Position numbers and translations under genes: made by a program. Below, one piece after another: positions 33,057 to 40,225 of a DNA stretch of 40,225 nt (positions are counted from its first letter, which is position 1; each line of letters begins with the position of its first letter). The notes beneath the pieces are model-generated. The model was not told the origin of the DNA. It saw only the letters and a list, made by a program, of their open reading frames with translations, and did not search any database. The DNA lies in contig ML978132.1 of NCBI GenBank assembly GCA_010015805.1, positions 868,001 through 908,225 on the forward strand, read 5' to 3'. The DNA comes from Rhizodiscina lignyota. Lineage: Eukaryota.

Positions 33057-33752
33057 ACTCGTACCATACGACCGGTTTAAGTCGAACTGATTTAAGCCTG
33101 CTAACAAATTTAGCGCCGGTAGGATAAGGAGGGGGTCGGACTGATTTAGGGTTTAGAGTCGAACCCGATTTGCGAGAAAGTAGCAAAGTAGTGCCTAGGG
33201 GCGGGTTTTAAGCGTATAGAAATATAGTCCTAGCCGCGCCCGACCCGGCCATGCAGTCAGAACTATTAGGGTCACGGTGCGTTGTTGCGTTGTGGCCGTG
33301 GTCCGCGGTGTGCAGGAGTTTTCGTGTTCGCGGTCACGTGATCCGAGCAGGATTGGCAGTTCAGCGCAGTACGCAGCGAGCAAAACAAGTCGCGGTCGGA
33401 CGCAGCAGGCAGGTAGGATAGTAGGTAGTATATTACAGTTAAAGGCGGGTAAGCTGTAGTTAAATATAGTAGGTTAATAGGGTAGTACGCGCCTGTTTCC
33501 ACAGTACGAAAGTAGTTTCGTAGTCACGTATTTTAAGTAGGGCGGGCGGGCGGGTATGCGCGCGTAGCGCGGCTAGGGGCTAAAGCGTCGAAGCTACGAA
33601 ATAAGAAAAGGGGGAGAAGATTAGGGATTTAAGTAGATAATAAGACGTATTATTGAGTTCAGAAGGCCATTTAATAGTTGCCCTAGTTATTAGTTAAGGA
33701 AGAACCTATAGTAGAACTAAGGAGGGAGGGAGATTAAAAGATTAGGGGAGAG

Positions 33753-36700
33753 ATAGCAGGTTTCAGCGATTATTTCGAGTATTTACCGTAGTACAAGGCG
33801 ATTATTTACAGGAGGTGCAGGTACGCTATTATTAGGAGTAGTATAGGTTTACATTTAAGCTAGAAGCATAAGAGCGAGTTGACGGTAGACGCGCGTAGGG
33901 CGATTGTAGTAGAGGCGAGTAGTATCGCGGTAGAAGACATCGTAGTTACACGTGAGGAGGTCTAGTATCTAGAGCCTACGTTAGCGCTATTAGCTAGTTT
34001 GTAGTTATAGGACGATAGTTATTAGTACGACGAGTACAAACACATACGCTGCACGCGGGAGGATATATAGAAGTATTATAGGTAAGAGTACAAGTAGGCG
34101 AATAGGCGCGGCCGCGGTAGGGCGATAAGGTTAGCTATTATAAAGGCGCGAGAGCACGAGATATAGACGGCAGGCGTGTATTACTAGCAGTTTTTCAGGA
34201 TAGGAGGGTAGTAGCGGTTGTTTAAGGTAACGGCGAGGCTAGGGGGTAAGGGTAAGGGTAAGGGAGATAAAGGAGAAAGTACAGTTAATAGGGATAAGCA
34301 GATACAGCGCGTTATAAGGCAGTAGATAGAGAGGGTTTTTATGTTAGCAGATAAGCGGTTAAAGCAAGAGGCTAAGGAGGAGAGGGCGATAGTCTAGGCT
34401 AACACGAATAGATACGTACTATAGACGTAGTTAAGGAGGGCGGGATAGGCGAGGCATTTAGAGGGGTTTAACCGTAGGTAGTTAGTTAAGATAGCGGAGA
34501 TACTAGTAGATAGAGATAAGAGCGACAGCGATAGTAATAGTAGTAGTAGTAACGATAGCAGCGATAATAGTAGTAGCGAAAGCAGTAACAGCGAAAGTAA
34601 TAGCGAAAGTAATAGCGAAAGTAGTAGTATAATAGATGTAAGAAGAGAGTAGGAGTTAGTTAGGGTGTATAATATAGTACAAATAGTTATTTAGGAGGCG
34701 TAAAAGGCAGCATAGCTAGAAGTTATAGGTTTTACAGCCGCATATTATATAAATAGGAGAGAGACAGGCGAGATATCGAATAAGAAGCTATTAAACACGA
34801 GGTAGTAGGGCAAGACGATCGAGAGGTACGCCGAGGTTTAGTATAAGGTAGTTTGTTATATTTAGAGGACGTAGGGTTTACTAAAGGCGATAAAAGGGGG
34901 GAGGGGGAGGAGGAGTAGTAGGAGTAGTAGTAGTAGCGACAGTAATAGCGGGTTAGGGGACGCGTCGACAGGGCTAGTAGAAGAGGATTTAGAGGAAGAT
35001 TTAGAAAGGGATTCGGGGTTAGATAAGGAGATGCGTATAGAGATCGAAAGGGCTAGGTAAGAGGGAAGAAGGTAAGAAGGGAGGGATAGGAGAGAAGAGG
35101 CAGAAAATAGTATTAAGTAGAAAAGACCGCCGTATAGATTGACTAGCAGACAGATTAGAGTATTAATACAGGTTAGACAGGCTATTAGGCGTGAAGAGGA
35201 GTAGGGTAAGAAGGTATAGGGGCGGGGGTAAGAGTAGAAGTAAGAGTAGGAGTAAGGAGAGGAAGAGAGGGGAGGAGATAAAGAAGATAGTAAGGTAGAA
35301 GCGGCGATATTAGAGTTTTTGATCGCATTGTTAGACCACGACGTGCAGGACGACGCATATACAAACGGCATCGTTAGTAGATTGGCGGTTTTAGGGTTAG
35401 ATAAGGATTGCGCGTAGAAAGGGCCGTCTAGGGCGATACAAGCATTGTTAGCAGTCGTTACAGTCGCTAGGATATTAGTTTTATACTACGTAAAGTTAAT
35501 AAGGGAAGTAGTAATTAAAGAGATAAGGGAAGAGCAAGGTTTTAGCTAGGTAGAGGCATTAAAGAAGGCGCCGACCCATTTCTAGTTAGCATAGGAGATA
35601 GTATACAGGTTTATAACGTTAACCGCATTTAGTAGCAAGCTAACGCCGATAAATTAGGTTTTAATGTTAAGGATGTACGGGTTAAAGGTATATTATAGCA
35701 TGGCGGCAGACGGAGTAGTAGATTAGGTTGGCGATAGGTTGTTATACGGCTACATTAGTTTTAGCATACCGGATTTACAGGCAATAATCTATAGGTTAGT
35801 ATACGCGTTATAGTTAAGGTTTAAGAGGAGGTTGTTATTATTACATGTTAACGACGAGGGCTAGCCTAATAGCGCGGATACGACAACGCGGTTACTACTA
35901 GTAAAGATAGACTAGATAGTAGATAATATAGTAGAGATAAGGGTTAGGTAGAGTTTCGTAGACGACAGGCGGAATAGAGAGGCGTTTAGCGGCGTTAATA
36001 GTAGTAAGTAGATAGTAGACAGAGTTATAGGAGAGTAGTAGTTACGCGAGGAGTTTGTCGATACTAAGGCTACGTACGATATAATCCGTAGAAGCTAGTA
36101 GTAGTAGTAGTAGCGGCGGTAGCAGAATAGTAGCGATCCGGTTATGTAGAAGAAAGATAGGATCTAGTAGTATAAGAAGGATTTAGACGCGTATAGGCAG
36201 GATTTATTGGTATTAATATATATAATAGGAGGACAGCTAGCTAGGGGCATAGAGATCGTTATAGTATGGTATAAGAACAGCGCGGACGGCGCGGGCAGAG
36301 GCATTTTCGTGGAGGACGGGATGGTGGTGTACGTGGTGCGGTACCACAAGGGCGTGGGGTTCAGCGGCAGGGAGAAGGTGATCCACCGGTATTTGCCACA
36401 CGAGGTCGGGTCGTTGTTGTTGTACGATTTGTGGTTGGTGAGGCCGTTTTGGGACAGGTTGGAGAGTGTTTCCACCGTCGCATCGACGGCGGCGGCGGCA
36501 GCGGCGGCGGCAGAGGTCGAAGGAGATGGCAGCGGCAATATCGCCGGCAACAACAGTAGAAATATCGCTAGTAGTAGTAGAAGCGGCCGCAGCCCGTTTT
36601 TGTAGGAGCCAAAGCTAGAACAGGCGTAGCAGGGCCTAAAGATAAGAGGGAGAAGACAGTAAGGAGGAGGAGGAGGAGGAGAAGAAAGGGATAATAGAGA

Positions 36701-39452
36701 GGACAGACAGCAGCCGCCGTCGATGAAGACGGTGTATTGGGACACGGACAGGGTCAGAAAGGCGATCCAGAAGGCCAGCATGACATATTTAGGGGTGAGG
36801 ATAAACATTATGTGTTGGAGGCACAGCAGCAAGGCGATTTACAGGCGGTATATCAATGACAAGGCCATCATCCAAGCCATCACGAGAGGAGATGAGGACG
36901 GTGGGCAGCAGGGAGAGGACGAGGGGGGGGAGGGGCAGTATGTCAACGGGTTTAATTAGAGAGAGGTCGGATTCCATTTACAGATAGGCTATAACGCGTA
37001 GATAGGGGAGGGCATATATAGTAAGGGCGTCGATAAGTCGCTATTCTATACTATAGCGCAGTAGGTCATGTTTCGGAAGGTTAGTAAGGAGTAGCATAAG
37101 TTTTTAATGTTCGAATCGGCGTTACAGGAGCCGGCTAAGCAGGGTTTAGTAGCGGCCTATAGGAGGCAGTAGGCGGAGGAAGAAGAGTTTAGGAGGTAGG
37201 TAGCAATACGGAAGACAGACATAAGGAAGCAGTTGCGGAAGTTGGTCGGGCCAGACGCAGAGTTCAGAGGGTTGCAGGAGCCGGCGATCAAGGCGATTAT
37301 GCAGCAGAGAAGCCCGGTGGTGGCGATCATGGCGACGGGAGAGGGCAAGAGTTTGTTATTCATGTTGCCGGCGTTTTGTTCCACGGGCATGACGGTGGTG
37401 GTGGTGCCGTTGATCATGTTGAGGCAGGACATGGCGGCCAGATGCAAGGCGGCGGGGATAGAGTACGTAGAGTAGAGTAGCGTAAGGCCGTACGAGTAGG
37501 CGTTAATCGTATTTATAACGCTAGAGTTAGCGGTAGGCGTAGCGTTTAGCCAGTTTTTAAACAGGCAGAGGGTAATAGGCCGGTTAGATCGAGTAGTAAT
37601 TGACGAGTGCTATATAGTATTAGATTTGAGCGAGGGGGGCGGGTAGAGGAGTCGGGTTTTACGGTTAAGGGAGTTAATTAGGGTAGAGACATAGATAGTA
37701 TTTTTAACAGTAACATTACCGCTAGCGGACGAGCTAGAGTTTAAAAGATTAATAGGGTTCGGCGGTAGTAATAGTAAGAAGAGAGGCGGCGGTAGCGGTA
37801 GTAGTAGTAGAGAGAGCAATAGTAGTAGTAATAGAGAGAGTAGTAGTAGTAGCAAAAGAGAGAGTATAGAGAGAGAGGGAGAGGGAGAGGGAGAGGAAGA
37901 GGGAGAGTATTAGTTTAGGGCGCCGACTATAAAGAAGAATATTAAATACCAGGTAATTTTTCATAGCTAGGCGGAAGAGGAGGAGACGGTAGTTAGATTA
38001 GTAGAGGAGAAGAGGGCGTAGTATGCGATACTAGGCTAGATTATAGTGTATTACGATATAGTCAAGAAGACGGAGAGGTTAGTAAAGGTTTTAGGGTATA
38101 AGTATTTCTATAGAGTAGTAGGTAGTAAAGAAGAAAAGGCGAAGTTGTTACAGGTGTTGAAAGAAGGCACGGAGCAGGTTTTCACGGCGACAAACGCGTT
38201 GGGATTGGGGGTTGATGCGCCGACGATTAGGGTGGTCATACACGTGGGCAGGGTGAGGAAGTTGAGGAGTTTCGTGCAGGAGAGCGGCAGGGCGGGCAGG
38301 GACAGGAGGGCGTGCGAGTCGATCGTGTTACAGGCGGTTAAGGTCGATTAGAGGACGGGTAAGGTCATATAGGAGGATAGGAGCTAGTAGGGGATAGAGG
38401 ATAATATGATAGAGTTTATAGATTCGTAGGGTAATAGCTAGTATAGGAGGGTAGTATTAGACAGGGTAATAGACGGTAGGAGGGACAGAGAGGGGTGTAA
38501 AGAGGAAGAGGAGGCGTATAACGTGTATTACGGGAGGCGATTACAAGAGGGAGAAGGGTAGTTATAAGGGGAGGGATTGTAGTAGCAGACGGGATTGTAG
38601 TAGGTAGAGGGATTATAGTAGTAGGAGGGATTATAGCAGGCGGAGGGATTGTAGCAGGCGGAATTGTAGTAGGTAGAATTGTAGCAGGTGTACATATATA
38701 GCTAGAGTAGGCAGAGTAAGGGGAGAGGGAAAAAGAGGGTTATTAATAAGAATAGCGATAATAGTAGGGATAGAAGTAGGGACGAGAGGGAAAGGCAAGA
38801 GTTAAGGATAGAGTTTAATAGGGAGATAATAAGGCGTAGGGCTAGAGTAAAGGGCGAGAGGGTATTATAATAAGAACAGATAATTATAGAGTAGAGGTTA
38901 GAGGATATATTAGAGGAGTAGTACGCGGGTTGTGCATATTGTTATGTAATAGGCGATAGAGTATATATAGGGCACGAGTTCGAGGAGTGTTTAAGGGTGG
39001 GAAGCGAGGTCGACGCAGAGATGTTCAAAGAGGTGGTCAGGGAGGTTAAGGAGGGCGTCGAGTGGCAGAGGTTTGCGGGTTGTTGGGGTTGCGGGGTGCC
39101 ACAGGGGGTTTGCAGGACGTGGGAGTTGAACGAGGCGAACGGCAGGTGGAAGTGGCGAAGGCAAGGGGTTTTCCAGTGCCAGCATAGGAAAGGAGTGTTG
39201 ATCGAGGCGGTGGTGGCGTTGTGGTACGTGAAAGGGGAGGAGTTTAAGGGGTAGGTAAGAGGGGAGAGGGGGTAGAAGCAGGAGTTTTTTAATAATAAAG
39301 GTAGGAGGGGTAAGGATGTGGATGTTGAGGTTGGCAATGACGACGATTTGGGGGGGTTCAAGAGGTCGTTGGTCAAGTGGTTGGGGTTCAAGGAGATGGT
39401 GGGCGGGTTCGAGAGCAACAACGCGTGCAAGGTGTTGATTCGATTCGGGTAG
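33753..39452 (+). pseudogene. Telomere-linked RecQ-like helicase (TLH) pseudogene, ancestral ORF about 1899 aa: DUF3505-like Zn finger, central domain, RecQ helicase, Cys-rich C-terminus
   Basis: All surviving + ORFs (36207, 36723, 37233, 38046, 38997) and the inferred start ATA(<ATG) at 33753 share one frame. Motifs: FRGLQEPAI, ATGEGKS (I), VVVVPLIML (Ia), IDEC[Y<H] (II), LT[V<A]TL (III), ATNALGLGVD (V), QESGRAGRD (VI) and CWGCGVPQGVC. Probable stop TAG at 39450-39452. Confidence 0.9.
38571..38690 (+). repeat. Coding minisatellite of 18/15-bp units (de-RIPped: EGLQQQ/EGLQQA/ELQQV)
   Basis: About 7 units of GAGGGATTGTAGYAGGYG-like sequence, in frame within the TLH relic. Confidence 0.75.
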
Positions 39453-39560
39453 CGGCGTTTGTTTATTTATTAATTGTCAGATTGAGCGGGCGAATTTAAG
39501 GCGATTCTAGGGCAGTTTTCGAGCATGAATTCAAGACAGCGCTAGTTGCGTAGGGAGTGT

Positions 39561-39842
39561 CGGCGGTAGGAGAGAAGGGGGCGATCCGATAGGTATTTGC
39601 CGCGCGAGGTGGGCGAGTTGTTATAGTACGATTTGAGGTTGGTAAGGCCGTTTATAGGGTTTAAGTTAGAGGAGGTTTTTACGGCGATCGCGTCAACGGA
39701 TTTAGATAGTAGCAGTAGGATTAGTAGTAGTAGGGACAGTAGTAGCAGGAGAGGTAATTAGTATAACCGTAACCGCCCCCGTTTTTAAATAGTTAGGACG
39801 ATTTGAGGTTAGTAAGGCCGTTTATAGGGTTTAAGTTAGAGG
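39561..39842 (+). repeat. Diverged duplicate of TLH internal segment 36361-36490, with a second 45-bp local duplicate (39628-39672 vs 39798-39842)
   Basis: GGTATTTGCCGCGCGAGGTGGGCGAGTTGTTATAGTACGATTTGAGGTTGGTAAGGCCGTTT aligns to GGTATTTGCCACACGAGGTCGGGTCGTTGTTGTTGTACGATTTGTGGTTGGTGAGGCCGTTT. The 45-bp pair differs by one G/A transition. Confidence 0.85.
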
Positions 39843-39958
39843 GGCAAGTTTAGAGATGTTTTAGGGTAGTTTTCGAGGCGATTTCAGAGTGGTTTTCAAG
39901 TGGGAATTCTAGTAGGGTTAGGGAGTAGTTTTTCAGGCGAAATCAAAGAGTAAAGGCG

Positions 39959-40105
39959 AGGGTTAGGGACAGTAGTTAACAGTAAGGGTTAGGGATAGTA
40001 GTTAACGATAAGGGTTAGGGACAGTAGTTGACGGTAAGGGTTAGAGACAGTAGTTAACGATAAGGGTTAGGGACAGTAGTTAATAGTAAGGGTTAGGGAC
40101 AGTAG
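39959..40105 (+). repeat. 26-bp tandem array containing telomeric GGGTTAGGG (about 5.6 copies)
   Basis: Units start at 39959, 39985, 40011, 40037, 40063 and 40089; consensus AGGGTTAGGGACAGTAGTTRACRRTA. Confidence 0.95.
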
Positions 40106-40202
40106 GTAGTATAGGGGAGTTTAAAGAGGGAGACGAGAGTAAGAAAGTAGTAGTAGTAGAGGCCCGAACGGAGCAAGGCAGGGTGCGCGGCGTCCCCGCG
40201 CG

Positions 40203-40225
40203 GTTTGTTTGTTTGTTTGTTTGTT
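40203..40225 (+). repeat. (GTTT)n microsatellite running to the window edge
   Basis: GTTT repeated to the last base. Confidence 0.95.

Larger units (their letters stand above)
31890..40225. repeat. RIP-mutated subtelomeric-type repeat domain
   Basis: Abrupt rise in TpA and loss of CpA/TpG. Many TAG/TAA codons fall where CAG/CAA/TGG are expected in recognisable protein motifs. The boundary position is approximate. Confidence 0.88.
33057..40225 (+). mobile_element. Candidate mobile/repeat unit carrying the TLH ORF (boundaries inferred)
   Basis: It interrupts the upstream zinc-finger fragment, and strand skew flips from C/T-rich to G/A-rich here. Sub-terminal repeats lie at both ends, and the ORF has recombinase-like motifs. 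No target-site duplication can be seen because the right flank is outside the window. Confidence 0.45.

Noticed and set aside
34862..37964. Leu/Ser/Pro-rich - strand ORFs (34862, 36164, 37610, 37749)
   Set aside because: Low-complexity reverse readings of the purine-rich RIP-mutated TLH; not membrane proteins.
33753..39452. Stop-codon reassignment or readthrough explaining the many TAG codons
   Set aside because: Stops coincide with other C>T/G>A damage to essential motifs, and neighbouring genes use TAG as a stop; RIP is sufficient.
39959..40105. CRISPR-like appearance of the 26-bp array
   Set aside because: Head-to-tail units with no unique spacers, eukaryotic context, no cas genes.
40203..40225. 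True telomere at the window end
   Set aside because: The terminal repeat is GTTT, not (TTAGGG)n; no perfect telomere tract is present.

Overview
Eukaryotic DNA from a filamentous ascomycete: GT-AG introns with CTRAY branch sites, Zn2Cys6 regulators and RIP signatures. It is probably subtelomeric, with the chromosome end to the right. Bases 1-31.6 kb are a dense catabolic/detoxification block: aldehyde dehydrogenase, two MFS transporters, two Zn2Cys6 TFs, an HD-domain cyanamide-hydratase-like gene, a frameshifted P-loop kinase, a Baeyer-Villiger monooxygenase, two SDRs, a GST, an FAD oxidoreductase, and three secreted exoglycosidases (GH20, GH35, GH27). From about 31.9 kb the DNA is RIP-mutated repeat. 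It holds a truncated DUF3505-like zinc-finger fragment and a 5.7 kb telomere-linked RecQ helicase (TLH) pseudogene whose recognisable blocks all lie in one frame (33753-39452). After it come a 26-bp TTAGGG-containing tandem array, a GC hairpin and a (GTTT)n run. The main lead is that the middle of the reconstructed TLH protein has a correctly ordered and spaced tyrosine-recombinase-like signature (RxxE...K...RH...G[H]x8Y). Together with an apparent insertion junction near 33057, this suggests a recombinase-helicase mobile element. All calls come from motif recognition by eye; no database searches were run.
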